This document shows, piece after piece, positions 1-9,552 of a stretch of DNA of 64,000 nucleotides. Source of the DNA: Candidatus Nomurabacteria bacterium RIFCSPHIGHO2_02_40_30. GTDB lineage: Bacteria; Patescibacteriota; Minisyncoccia; Phycocordibacterales; UBA9973. The DNA lies in NCBI GenBank assembly GCA_001785445.1, contig MFTV01000010.1, positions 19,235 to 83,234 on the forward strand, written 5' to 3'. Position numbers and translations under genes: made by a program. A model generated the notes under the pieces. The model ran no database searches. It was not told the DNA's origin and was given only the letters and a program-made list of their open reading frames with translations. Every line of letters starts with the position of its first letter. Position 1 is the first letter of the stretch.

Positions 1-225
1 GTAACAGTTGTGAATGCTTCAAAATTGCGTATTACAGACAAAAAGTTGGCGGAGATTTATCATACGAGGTATTCCGGTATTCCGGGCGGGCTACGTATCT
101 TGACGGGTACCCACACAGCTAAAACCAAAGGGTATAAAGAATTAATAAAACTTGCGACTTACGATATGTTACCGTCAAACAAATTACGCAGAACCATGAT
201 GAAGAATTTAAAAATTGAAGACTAA
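1..225 (+). CDS. rplM: 50S ribosomal protein L13, C-terminal fragment (gene starts upstream of the window)
   Basis: Frame 1 is open from base 1. The translation ...YHTRYSGIPGG...MLPSNKLRRTMMKNLKIED resembles the L13 C-terminus (YHHTGxxGG ... MLPKxxLGRxMxxKLKVY). The usual rplM-rpsI order is preserved. Confidence 0.6.
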   Translation, partial: VTVVNASKLRITDKKLAEIYHTRYSGIPGGLRILTGTHTAKTKGYKELIKLATYDMLPSNKLRRTMMKNLKIED

Positions 226-299
226 TAACTTGTCCCGTACTAAATTTTTGATTACGGGGCATAAAGATAAATATTATAAATTAAAATTTTAGTACTGGG

Positions 300-731
300 A
301 TGGAAAAAAATTTAACAAAAGAAAAATCAAAAGATACATATGTCGAAGCAGTCGGCAGAAGAAAGACTTCTACTGCGCGCGTGCGTATCACTCTGGCAAC
401 CAAAGCGAGTTTCGTGGTGAACGGCAAAGATGCAAAAGAATATTTTAAAACAGAAGACCAGCGCCGTTTGATTCTAGACCCGATACTCAAGGGAATGGCT
501 GGCAAAGAAAGTAGTAAATGGAGCGTAGAAGTACATGTCTCTGGTGGCGGAATCCACTCACAAGCTGAAGCGATAAGGCACGGACTTGCTCGAGCCTTAG
601 TTTCTTCTGATGCTGAACTCCGAGGAAGTATGAAAACACTAGGATACTTAAAACGTGATCCGAGAGCAAAAGAACGAAGAAAGTTCGGTCTCAAAAAAGC
701 TCGTAAGGCTCCGCAGTGGAGTAAGCGATAA
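300..731 (+). CDS. rpsI: 30S ribosomal protein S9
   Basis: GRRKTSTARVRI near the N-terminus, GGGIHSQAEAIRHGLARAL, and a basic C-terminus RDPRAKERRKFGLKKARKAPQWSKR are typical of S9. Confidence 0.9.
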   Translation: MEKNLTKEKSKDTYVEAVGRRKTSTARVRITLATKASFVVNGKDAKEYFKTEDQRRLILDPILKGMAGKESSKWSVEVHVSGGGIHSQAEAIRHGLARALVSSDAELRGSMKTLGYLKRDPRAKERRKFGLKKARKAPQWSKR

Positions 732-738
732 AAATTCT

Positions 739-830
739 AAAATCAAACTTTTTTCGGTACGGATTTTTCGAAGCTTGAAAAATCCTGAAGTTTTCGGCTC
801 GTCAGCCTCAAAACCCCTTCAAAAGTTTAT
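739..830 (+). repeat. RPE-like dispersed repeat, copy 1 (after rpsI)
   Basis: Contains hairpin ggatttttcGAAGCTTGaaaaatcc and ...ctgaagttttcggctcgtcagcctcaaaacccct.... About 85 nt are shared with 30541-30625 and with 34150-34240 in reverse complement. Confidence 0.7.
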
Positions 831-865
831 TTTAGAATTTTTTTATTTTATGCTAGTATGTTCAT

Positions 866-1471
866 ATGAATGATGAAGAAGAAATACAAAATAAATCCCT
901 CGATGCTACTCGGGATGATTCTGTTGAATCAGATACTACGGAAGTAGAGGAATTTGAATACAATGACGACGGCGAGGAAGATTTAAAGAAAACTCTGAAA
1001 AAGCTGCGAGCTGATTTAAAATCTTGCCAAAAGGAAAAGGAAGAATATCTGACCGGCTGGCAGAAAGAGCGGGCAGAGTTTGCTAATTATAGAAAAGGCG
1101 AAGATGACAGAAAGACGATGTTTTCGGAATCAATGCGTGAGCATATACTTTCGCGCTTTTTGACTGTTATAGACAGCTTCGATATGGCTTTCGCCAATAA
1201 GCAGGCTTGGGAGAAAGTTGACGAAAATTGGCGCAAGGGTGTGGAGTATATCCATTCTCAAATGAATACTATTTTTGAAGATTATGGGGTCAAGCAAGTA
1301 GGCACGGTAGGAGAAGCTTTTGATCCAAGTATTCATCAGTCTATAGAAGTAGTAGAAACGGACAAAAAAGAACTCGACCACACAGTTTCAGATGTTATTC
1401 AAAAAGGCTACAAGCTGGGCGAACGTGTTATGCGTCCAGCTCGAGTGAATATATACGAATATAAGGAATAA
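866..1471 (+). CDS. grpE: Nucleotide exchange factor GrpE
   Basis: Acidic N-terminus followed by a coiled coil, then a GrpE core: ...FANYRKGEDDRK...LTVIDSFDMAF...AFDPSIHQSIEVVETD...GYKLGERVMRPARV. Confidence 0.85.
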   Translation: MNDEEEIQNKSLDATRDDSVESDTTEVEEFEYNDDGEEDLKKTLKKLRADLKSCQKEKEEYLTGWQKERAEFANYRKGEDDRKTMFSESMREHILSRFLTVIDSFDMAFANKQAWEKVDENWRKGVEYIHSQMNTIFEDYGVKQVGTVGEAFDPSIHQSIEVVETDKKELDHTVSDVIQKGYKLGERVMRPARVNIYEYKE

Positions 1472-1502
1472 TATCTATTCTAATATTCTATAGAATTATA
1501 GA

Positions 1503-3158
1503 ATGAAAACAGAAACCAAAAACTGCGCAGACTGTCAAAATAAATTCATAATAGGTGAAGGAGATTTAAAATTATACGAACAAGTAGGGTTGAAGATTTC
1601 TCGCAAGTGTTTCGACTGCCGGACAAAACAGCATTTTATATTTTCTGTCTTCGGCAAATTTCGAAAAGGAGTTTCGGATTTATCTGGTGAGAGCTTAATA
1701 ACAGTTTTCCCAAATAAATCAAGATATCCAGTATATAAATCACATGAATGGTGGAGTGATGCTTGGGATCCGATGACCTACGGACAAGATTACGATCCAA
1801 ATCGCTCGTTTTTCGACCAACTCAAACAACTCCAAGAAAAGGTTCCGCGACCTCATCAAATAGGCCAAAATAACACTAATTGCGATTGGTGTGATGACGC
1901 TTGGAACTGTAAAAATTGCTATCTTTCTCGTTCCATGGATAAGTGTGAAAACTTGAGTTATGCCTATCGGGTGCTTGATAGCAAAGACTCGTTCGATATA
2001 ACTTACAGTTTCAACTTACAAAATTCTTACGACTGTCTTTTTTGCCATGATTCTTTTAATTTAAATTTTTCCGAAAACTCTCGGGATTGCATAGATTCTT
2101 ATTTTCTTTTCGATTGCCGCAATTGTCAAAATTGTTTCATGAGCTACAATTTACGCAACAAGCAATATTGCATTCGTAATAAACAATATTCTAAAGAAGA
2201 ATATAAACAAGAACTCAAAAAAATCAGATTAGATTCACATAAAAATCTAGAAACTCTAAAAAGTGAATTTGAAGACATATTAAAAAAAGAGGCTGTCCAT
2301 AGGGAAAATTTCAATGTCCGAACCAGTAGTTCAGTAGGCAATTATATGACTGATTGCGATAAATGCGTAAATGTTTTCTCTTGGGAAGAATCACAAAATT
2401 GCCGCAATTGCTTGCGAGGTCTTCGCGCAAAGGACTGTATCGATCAAAGTTTTTCGTGGAATACCGAACTATCAGGCAACAATGGAGTCGTAGACGGAGG
2501 ATATCAAATAAAGTACTCCGGCGGATCTTCGACCGGTAGATTCTGTGAATATGTTGATTTGTGCAAAGAGGTTGAGTATTGTTTCGGCTGTGTTGGCCTT
2601 CGCAAAAAGAAATACTGCATTTTAAATAAACAGTACAACAAAGAAGAATATGAAAAATTAAAAGCGCAAATTATTACCAGCATGGAAACGCGAGGCGAGT
2701 ATGGAGACTTTTTTCCTTATTCCATGGGAACCGGCTATTACAATTTATCCAATGGTATAATATATTTCCCCGATACAACCAAAGAAGAAGTTTTAAGAAA
2801 AGGCGGTTATTGGTTAGAAGAAGATCTTACGCAAACTGACGGCATACCATCTTCCAAACTTCCAGATAGTATATTAGATACCTCTCCGGAAATTTCCTCT
2901 CAAGCGTTGATTTGTCCTGAAACACACTATCGATTCAATATTGCAGTTGCAGAATATGAATTTCATAAAAGAAAAGGTTTTGCATTACCCCGCACTCATT
3001 TTGACCAAAGAATCTTAAATCGGATGCGAAAAATGGTTATTAAAAGTTATCCTTATACGTGCATTTACTGCCGAAAAGAGATAAGTGCTTATTATCCGCC
3101 GGAGTGGGAATATAAGAAAATAGCCTGCGAAGAATGTTACAAGCAAAACATAGCCTAA
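1503..3158 (+). CDS. Cysteine-rich multi-zinc-ribbon protein, paralog 1 of 5 (function unknown)
   Basis: 551 aa. N-terminal CxxC..CxxC ribbon, conserved W-W-S-D-x-W-D-P-x-x-Y-G-x-x-Y-D motif, and central Cys/Asn-rich repeats (DCRNCQNCF..NLRNKQYCIxNKQYxKEEY occurs twice). C-terminal CxxC...CxxC. Overall architecture is shared with ORFs at 3184, 4929, 15673 and 38008. Confidence 0.8.
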   Translation: MKTETKNCADCQNKFIIGEGDLKLYEQVGLKISRKCFDCRTKQHFIFSVFGKFRKGVSDLSGESLITVFPNKSRYPVYKSHEWWSDAWDPMTYGQDYDPNRSFFDQLKQLQEKVPRPHQIGQNNTNCDWCDDAWNCKNCYLSRSMDKCENLSYAYRVLDSKDSFDITYSFNLQNSYDCLFCHDSFNLNFSENSRDCIDSYFLFDCRNCQNCFMSYNLRNKQYCIRNKQYSKEEYKQELKKIRLDSHKNLETLKSEFEDILKKEAVHRENFNVRTSSSVGNYMTDCDKCVNVFSWEESQNCRNCLRGLRAKDCIDQSFSWNTELSGNNGVVDGGYQIKYSGGSSTGRFCEYVDLCKEVEYCFGCVGLRKKKYCILNKQYNKEEYEKLKAQIITSMETRGEYGDFFPYSMGTGYYNLSNGIIYFPDTTKEEVLRKGGYWLEEDLTQTDGIPSSKLPDSILDTSPEISSQALICPETHYRFNIAVAEYEFHKRKGFALPRTHFDQRILNRMRKMVIKSYPYTCIYCRKEISAYYPPEWEYKKIACEECYKQNIA

Positions 3159-3183
3159 TACACATTTACGCTATAGCGTATAT

Positions 3184-4872
3184 ATGCAAATGAACCAAGA
3201 AACAAAAAATTGTCAGAATTGTAAAAAAGACTTCACCATAGAGTCGGAGGATTTTAATTTTTACGAAAAGATAAAAGTTCCGCCACCGACAAGGTGTTTT
3301 GAGTGCCGACAACAGAGGCGCTATGCGTGGAGAAATGAACGGACACTATATAGGAGAAATTGTGATTTGTGTAAAAAAAGCACGGTGACGATTTATTCTC
3401 CAAACAAGCCGTACAAAGTTTACTGCAATGAATGCTGGTGGGGCGACGGCTGGGATGCTTCTTCCTATGGGCGAGATTTTGATTTTACTAGGCCATTCTT
3501 CGAGCAATTTGCAGAACTACAGCACGAAGTGCCCCGCATGGCGCTCCTCAATAAAAATAGTGTAAATTCCGACTATACCAACCATTCCGGTGACAACAAA
3601 AATATTTACCTTTCTTTTTCTACGTGGGGGTCTGAAGATGTGATGTATAGTACTTGGGTTTTTTATTCCCGTGACTGCATGGATTCTAGTTTTATTTATG
3701 AAAAAGGTGAACGATTATACGAAATTATTGATTCTCGCACATCCTATCAATGTCAATACGGGCTTTTCTTGAAAGACTGTTCATCTTGTTACTACTGCTA
3801 TGACTGCCGAGGGTGCAACAACTGCTTTATGTCCAGCAACTTGCGAAACAAAAGTTATGTCTTCAAAAATAAACAATATACGAGAGTTGAATATTTGAAA
3901 AAACTAAAGGAATACGATTTATCTTCTCACCTTGTTCGTGAAGGATTAAATAAAGAGTGGAAAGACATGATGCAAAAAGATGCAATTCATCGATATGTGA
4001 TAAGTGAGAGGAATGTGAATTCTACTGGGTCTTTAATTTTTGACTGCAAAAATGTGAAAGATTCTTTTGAAGTTAATAAAGGTGAAGATTCTAAATATCT
4101 GTATTCTACTATCGACCCCAAAAATTGTATGGATTTATATCATGTGGGGCTAAATCTAGAACTGTGTTATGAATTACAGGGTTGTACTCGCACATCCAAT
4201 TGCCAATTCTGCCATCTTTGTTATGACAACATGAACGCAGTGTACTGCGATACTTGCCAAAACAGCCAGAATCTATTCGGCTGTGTCTCAGTGAAAAAGG
4301 GCGAGTATATGATTTTTAATAAAAAGTACTCTAAAGAAGAATATTTGACACTAAAAGAAAAGATTATCGAACATATGAAAAAGACAGGCAGAGAGGAAGG
4401 TGAGTATGGAGAATTTTTCCCACCAAGTATCGCGCCTGTGTATTACAATGAAACACAGGGGAATTTATATATGCCTATGACTAAAGATGAAGTCTTAGCA
4501 AAAGGCTGGCATTGGGAGGACAATGTTCCGAGGACTTTCGGCAAGGAGACAATTAAGAGCGGAGCCATTCCAGACAAAATTGAAGATGTGTCGGACAGCT
4601 ATTTAAGTGAAATTTTTATTTGTATTGATTGTTCTAAAAATTACAATATAACCCAAAACGAGCTTCTTTTTTACCGCAAAGAAATTCTTCCACTCCCTAG
4701 GAAGTGTCCGAATTGTCGCTATAAAAGAAGATTTGATTTACGTCCACCGAGAAAGTTATGGCATAGACAGTGCATGAAAGAGGAGTGTCCAAATGAATTT
4801 GAAACTACTTATGCCCCCGAACGACCTGAAAAAGTGTATTGCGAAAGCTGCTACAACAAAGAAGTTTATTAG
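3184..4872 (+). CDS. Cysteine-rich multi-zinc-ribbon protein, paralog 2 of 5
   Basis: N-terminus QETKNCQNCKKDFTIESEDFNFYEKIKVPPPTRCFECRQQRR and the WWGDGWDASSYGRDFDFTRPFFEQF motif. C-terminus CPNEFETTYAPERPEKVYCESCY has C-x2-C-x17-C-x2-C spacing. Directly tandem to paralogs 1 and 3. Confidence 0.85.
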   Translation: MQMNQETKNCQNCKKDFTIESEDFNFYEKIKVPPPTRCFECRQQRRYAWRNERTLYRRNCDLCKKSTVTIYSPNKPYKVYCNECWWGDGWDASSYGRDFDFTRPFFEQFAELQHEVPRMALLNKNSVNSDYTNHSGDNKNIYLSFSTWGSEDVMYSTWVFYSRDCMDSSFIYEKGERLYEIIDSRTSYQCQYGLFLKDCSSCYYCYDCRGCNNCFMSSNLRNKSYVFKNKQYTRVEYLKKLKEYDLSSHLVREGLNKEWKDMMQKDAIHRYVISERNVNSTGSLIFDCKNVKDSFEVNKGEDSKYLYSTIDPKNCMDLYHVGLNLELCYELQGCTRTSNCQFCHLCYDNMNAVYCDTCQNSQNLFGCVSVKKGEYMIFNKKYSKEEYLTLKEKIIEHMKKTGREEGEYGEFFPPSIAPVYYNETQGNLYMPMTKDEVLAKGWHWEDNVPRTFGKETIKSGAIPDKIEDVSDSYLSEIFICIDCSKNYNITQNELLFYRKEILPLPRKCPNCRYKRRFDLRPPRKLWHRQCMKEECPNEFETTYAPERPEKVYCESCYNKEVY

Positions 4873-4928
4873 TAAACAGCACCAGCTACCATGTACTAGT
4901 ACATAGTAACAATAAATTGTCATTATAT

Positions 4929-6620
4929 ATGCAGAGTGAAACAAAAAATTGCCAAAACTGTAAAGGTGATTTCGTCATCGAACCGGATGATTTTGGGTTT
5001 TATGAACAGATGAAAGTGCCCCCACCAGTATGGTGTCCGCAGTGCAGGCTACTTCGCAGAATGAATTGGTATAGTTATAGAATTCTGTATAAAAGAAAAT
5101 GTGATTTTACCGGTGAGAATATTATTACAATCTATCATCCGGATTTGCCTTACAAAGTTTATAAACAAGATATTTGGTGGAGTGACAAGTGGGACCCAAA
5201 GAGTTATGGCCGGGAGTATGATTTTTCGCGGCCTTTTTTCGAGCAGTTTAAAGAGTTACTAGATGAGGTGCCAAAGGCGGCTCTGCATACAGAATATACT
5301 ACTATGATAAATAGTGAATATTGTAATGCTGCAAGTTACTTGAAAAATAGCTACCTTTGTTTTAAGCACATTACAGGGGAGGATTCTGCCTACACCAACG
5401 TTGTTTCAAATACAAAAGATTCTCTGGATGTAGCTTATTCTTTAGATCCTGAACTTTGCTATGAAATAGTGGACTGCCGTAAATGCTTCCAGGTATTTTT
5501 CTCACAGGATTGTGAAAATTGTCAGAATATTTATTTCTCACGAGATTTAATGAATTGTGGGGATTGTTTTGGCTGTACTTCACTTCGCAATAAAAATTAT
5601 TGCATTTTCAATCAGCAATACACCAGAGAAGAATATTACAAGAAACTTTCGACTTTTGATTTGGGTTCAGTAAAAAATTTACAAGATTTTAGAAAGAAAG
5701 CTTACGAACTTTCTCTGCGTTCTCCCCGAAGGGCATTTCAAGGCAGAAACAATACGAATGTCTCCGGAGACTATGTGTATAATTCAAGAAATGCCAAAAA
5801 TGTCTATTTTATATCCGACTCTGAAAATATAAGGTATACCCAGTTGTTTATAAAAGGAGGAGTACACAATTGTTATGACTTTACAGCTTTTGGTTCTGCC
5901 AGTGAATGGGTTTATGAGGCTACATGGACTGGTCTTAATACTTCCAATGTTAAATTCAGTGTCTGGAATTATCGCAATCACGATACGGAGTATACTTTTG
6001 GTTGTCATGGCAGTGAATACTTGTTTGGCTGTGTCAGTCTGACTAAAGCGTCATATTGTATTTTTAATAAACAATACACGAAAGAAGAATATTTCCCACT
6101 AGTTGAAAAAATTAAAAAACAAATGAATCAGATGCCTTTTGTAGATAGAAGGGGGCTGGAACACAAATATGGCACGCAAATTCCTATTGATCTTTGTCCG
6201 TGGGCATATAACGAGTCCACAGCTTATGAATTTTTTCCAATCACAAAAGAGGAAGCTATCGCTAAAGGTTTTACTTGGCGTGACTCTGACCCGCGGGAAT
6301 ATCTGGACGCTTCTATTACAGTGCCGGAACATATCAAAGATGTAACTGATGAGATTTTGAAAGCGATTTTGAAATGTGTTGCTTGTGGCAAAAATTATCA
6401 AATTATATCCAAAGAATTAGTATTTTTACGCCGTTTTAATTTTCCTATACCGAGCCATTGCCCACTATGTCGAGACCGAGCTCGTATTAAACAATTAAAT
6501 CCTATGGAGACATATGACCGCACGTGTGATAAATGCAGCATATCAATTACTACATCCTATGCCCCAGACCGTCCCGAAATAGTTTACTGCGAAAAATGCT
6601 ATCAGCAGGAAGTTTACTAG
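4929..6620 (+). CDS. Cysteine-rich multi-zinc-ribbon protein, paralog 3 of 5
   Basis: Start moved to ATG 4929 (MQSETKNCQNCKGDF...), which removes the overlap with paralog 2. Carries the same conserved motifs as the family. C-terminus CDKCSISITTSYAPDRPEIVYCEKCYQQEVY. Confidence 0.85.
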   Translation: MQSETKNCQNCKGDFVIEPDDFGFYEQMKVPPPVWCPQCRLLRRMNWYSYRILYKRKCDFTGENIITIYHPDLPYKVYKQDIWWSDKWDPKSYGREYDFSRPFFEQFKELLDEVPKAALHTEYTTMINSEYCNAASYLKNSYLCFKHITGEDSAYTNVVSNTKDSLDVAYSLDPELCYEIVDCRKCFQVFFSQDCENCQNIYFSRDLMNCGDCFGCTSLRNKNYCIFNQQYTREEYYKKLSTFDLGSVKNLQDFRKKAYELSLRSPRRAFQGRNNTNVSGDYVYNSRNAKNVYFISDSENIRYTQLFIKGGVHNCYDFTAFGSASEWVYEATWTGLNTSNVKFSVWNYRNHDTEYTFGCHGSEYLFGCVSLTKASYCIFNKQYTKEEYFPLVEKIKKQMNQMPFVDRRGLEHKYGTQIPIDLCPWAYNESTAYEFFPITKEEAIAKGFTWRDSDPREYLDASITVPEHIKDVTDEILKAILKCVACGKNYQIISKELVFLRRFNFPIPSHCPLCRDRARIKQLNPMETYDRTCDKCSISITTSYAPDRPEIVYCEKCYQQEVY

Positions 6621-6638
6621 AAACTTTTTAAAAAGTTT

Positions 6639-7154
6639 CTATCTCCCGAAAGCGTCGAAGAGAAATTTTTTAGTTTCTTCGTCTATGAATTGGGTGGTGA
6701 TTATCATCATCTCTGTCGTCAGACCTAAATCTTTTTTTATATTCGTGAATAGATGCTCGTACGGGTATGGGGAAATCCAAGCGGAATTTTTCAGGCAGAC
6801 GAAACCGGCTTTTTTCAGAAGATAACGCAAACTTTCGCGTTCGCTTTTTCTGTCTTCCGGCAAGTCGAGCAAAATTATTCTCCAGAGTCCGTCCCAAGAA
6901 ATATTTACCAGTGTCGTATCATTATCTAATTTTAAAGTATTCACTTTTTTCTTACCTTCTTTAGTGAGTCGTGCATATTCATTTTGTGGAGAAGAAATAT
7001 TCTCTATTAACCCAGCATCTCGAAGCCCTTTGAGGGAGCGAGTGATAGCGTATCTATTTTCAACATCTAAATTACGAAATTCAGGTAAAGAAACAGCTGT
7101 TTTTTGTCCTAGAATCTTAAGTATTTTATTTGAATAGTCTTTTTTACTTGACAT
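6639..7154 (-). CDS. Winged-helix transcriptional regulator, PaaX-like family
   Basis: N-terminal wHTH ([15 protein letters not shown]) and C-terminal [45 protein letters not shown], which matches the PaaX-type W.G.WR..DIPE...R..LR..L...GF..LQ.SVW pattern. Divergent from dnaK. Confidence 0.55.
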   Translation of the reverse strand: MSSKKDYSNKILKILGQKTAVSLPEFRNLDVENRYAITRSLKGLRDAGLIENISSPQNEYARLTKEGKKKVNTLKLDNDTTLVNISWDGLWRIILLDLPEDRKSERESLRYLLKKAGFVCLKNSAWISPYPYEHLFTNIKKDLGLTTEMMIITTQFIDEETKKFLFDAFGR

Positions 7155-7254
7155 GCTTATAGACTATCATATATACTCTATTTATACAAGTTTTTCGTGT
7201 TCACGAACTACTTGTCAAATTAGCTTAATTATTAATAATAACTATATAAATCAT

Positions 7255-9168
7255 ATGTCAAAAATTATAGGTATAGACTTGGGTACAACGAATTCGGCAG
7301 TAGCCGTCATTGAGGGTGGCGCGCCGAAAATTATAGAAAATATTGAAGGCGCTCGCACTACGCCGTCAATCGTTTCTGTTGCGAGAAATGGCGACAGGCT
7401 GGTGGGGCTTTTAGCTAAGCGTCAGGCAGTTACCAATCCGGAAAATACAGTCTACGGCATCAAGCGCTTCATGGGACACAATTTTGACGACCCCGAAGTG
7501 CAGAAAGATTTGAAGAATGCGTCCTTCAAAGTTCAGAAATCTGCTAATGGCGGAGTGGAAGTAAAAATTGGCGACAAATGGATGCGTCCGGAAGAAATTT
7601 CGGCCATGATTTTAGGGAAAATAAAAGCAGACGTAGAAGCAAAATTGGGAGAAAAAATTACTGATGCGGTAATCACCGTGCCGGCATATTTTAATGACGC
7701 GCAGAGAAAAGCTACCAAGGATGCCGGTGCTATTGCCGGGCTGGATGTAAAACGCATCATCAACGAGCCTACGGCGGCGGCATTGGCCTATGGATTTAAT
7801 AAAAAGAAAAATGAAAAGATAGTGGTCTATGACTTTGGTGGTGGAACATTTGATGTATCTATTCTTGAAATCGGAGATGACGTGGTGGAAGTAAAGTCTA
7901 CCGATGGCGACAGTCACTTAGGTGGCCGGGACATTGACCACAAGATTATAAATTGGATTGCTGAAGAATTCAAAAAGACTACGGGTGTGGATGTGCGCAA
8001 TGACAAGCTGGCTCTACAGAGGCTCGACGAAGCGGCAGAAAAAGCAAAAATAGAACTTTCTACTTCTATCGAAACCGAAATAAATATTCCATTTATAACT
8101 TCTACATCTGCTGGCCCTCAACATCTCCTCCTTAAGATGACTCGCGCCCAGCTGGAGTCTATTGCTGACGAATATATTTCTCGCTCTATCGAGATAACCA
8201 AGCGCGCTATGACTGCATCCGGCTTCAAGATGGAAGATATGCATGAAATCATCATGGTGGGTGGACAGACTCGCATGCCTAAAATCGTAGACGAGGTTAA
8301 AAAAGTTTTCGGCAAGACTCCGAACTTATCTATCAACCCTGACGAAGTGGTGGCGCTCGGCGCTGCGGTGCAGGCCGGAGTGTTGCAGGGAGATGTGCGG
8401 GATGTTCTGCTCCTAGACGTTATTCCGCTTTCTCTCGGCATCGAAACTCTCGGTGGCGTGGCAACGAAGCTTATAGAAAGAAATACAACTATTCCTTCAA
8501 ACAAGTCGCAAGTATTCTCTACGGCTGCCGACAATCAAACTAGTGTGGAGATTCATATAGTGCAAGGTGAGCGCCCAATGGCTTCCGACAACAAATCTCT
8601 CGGTAGATTTATCCTAGACGGCGTGCCACCGGCTCCACGAGGTATGCCACAAATCGAAGTGTCTTTCGATGTGGATGCGAATGGAATCCTCAACGTGACT
8701 GCCAAAGACAAAGCTTCCGGCAAGACACAGTCTATCAAGATAGAAGCAAGCTCCGGACTAAAAGACGAAGACATCAAAAAAATGCAGGCGGATGCGGAGC
8801 TTCACGCCGAGGAAGATAAAAAGAAAAAGGAAGTTGTGGACGTGAAAAATACTGCCGAGATGATAATTTACACTGCCGAAAAAGCGCTGAAAGACAATGA
8901 AGCGAAAATTCCCGAGGAACTCAAAGATAGCGTAAACGCAAAAATCGCAACATTGCGAACTGCGAAAGATGGAACTGATTCTGAAGCAATCAAAAAAGCC
9001 ACCGAAGAACTTTCTGCCGAAATGTCAAAAATAGGGGAAGCGATAAGCAAAGCCACCGCCGAGGCGGGGCAAGCTGGTGCAGAAGCTCCTGCTGGAGCTT
9101 CTGCTGAAGAGCCAAAGGTCGAACCCAAAGATGCCGACTTCAAGGAAGGCGAAGAACCAAAAGCGTAA
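7255..9168 (+). CDS. dnaK: Chaperone DnaK (Hsp70)
   Basis: Start set at [18 protein letters not shown] (ATG 7255). Classic Hsp70 motifs present: [26 protein letters not shown], and a C-terminal lid with an acidic tail. Confidence 0.95.
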   Translation: MSKIIGIDLGTTNSAVAVIEGGAPKIIENIEGARTTPSIVSVARNGDRLVGLLAKRQAVTNPENTVYGIKRFMGHNFDDPEVQKDLKNASFKVQKSANGGVEVKIGDKWMRPEEISAMILGKIKADVEAKLGEKITDAVITVPAYFNDAQRKATKDAGAIAGLDVKRIINEPTAAALAYGFNKKKNEKIVVYDFGGGTFDVSILEIGDDVVEVKSTDGDSHLGGRDIDHKIINWIAEEFKKTTGVDVRNDKLALQRLDEAAEKAKIELSTSIETEINIPFITSTSAGPQHLLLKMTRAQLESIADEYISRSIEITKRAMTASGFKMEDMHEIIMVGGQTRMPKIVDEVKKVFGKTPNLSINPDEVVALGAAVQAGVLQGDVRDVLLLDVIPLSLGIETLGGVATKLIERNTTIPSNKSQVFSTAADNQTSVEIHIVQGERPMASDNKSLGRFILDGVPPAPRGMPQIEVSFDVDANGILNVTAKDKASGKTQSIKIEASSGLKDEDIKKMQADAELHAEEDKKKKEVVDVKNTAEMIIYTAEKALKDNEAKIPEELKDSVNAKIATLRTAKDGTDSEAIKKATEELSAEMSKIGEAISKATAEAGQAGAEAPAGASAEEPKVEPKDADFKEGEEPKA

Positions 9169-9191
9169 ATTATGTTAAAAAAATAAAAAGG

Positions 9192-9236
9192 AATGCCGTT
9201 CACTTGCGATGTTTTGCAATGTGAACGGCATTTTGC
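9192..9236 (+). terminator. Intrinsic terminator after dnaK
   Basis: aatgccgttcac ... gtgaacggcatt forms a 12-bp perfect stem, followed by TTTTG. Confidence 0.6.
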
Positions 9237-9240
9237 TGGC

Positions 9241-9456
9241 TTAGTACCAGCGACTGCTTGATTGATGCGCTCGGTTGGCGGCCTCAATGCGTGCCGCTAC
9301 TGTCGCCGAATCTTCGGCTATGGGAGCGCCTTTGGCTCGTTTGCGACTCACACAAGCCGCATTTCTGAGATCCAACAGTTTCTTTCCTGTTATCAACCCA
9401 GATTTGCGCGCACTTGCATACTTCTGTCCAGCGTTTGGGACTTGCGAATGTGCCAC
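9241..9456 (-). CDS. rpsU: 30S ribosomal protein S21 (GTG start)
   Basis: Basic 71-aa product: ...SARKSGLITGKKLLDLRNAACVSRKRAKGAPIA...ANRAHQSSSRWY. This resembles S21 (SCEKAGVL...ERKRAKASAV...RRTRLY). A GTG start is preceded by AAAGGAG with a 7-nt spacer. The locally GC-rich sequence produces overlapping spurious ORFs on the + strand. Confidence 0.5.
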   Translation of the reverse strand: MAHSQVPNAGQKYASARKSGLITGKKLLDLRNAACVSRKRAKGAPIAEDSATVAARIEAANRAHQSSSRWY

Positions 9457-9552
9457 TTTTAACTCCTTTCGTTCAAAAATTTAACACACACACACAGATA
9501 TATCAAGTATTTTTGATTTGTTGCAATTAAGTTTTTGTGATATCATATAGCT

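Noticed and set aside
655-873. 72-aa ORF overlapping the 3' end of rpsI
   Set aside because: It is the open translation frame of the RPE-like repeat copy 1 and overlaps a well-supported ribosomal protein gene. Most likely not a gene.
7155-7254. CIRCE/HrcA operator upstream of dnaK (and upstream of grpE at 732-865)
   Set aside because: No TTAGCACTC-N9-GAGTGCTAA-like inverted repeat is present in either upstream region.
9262-9484. Two + strand ORFs (66 and 69 aa) inside the GC-rich patch after dnaK
   Set aside because: They are antisense to the better-supported rpsU candidate, which has a strong ribosome-binding site and S21-like sequence. They are typical stop-free artefacts of GC-rich DNA.
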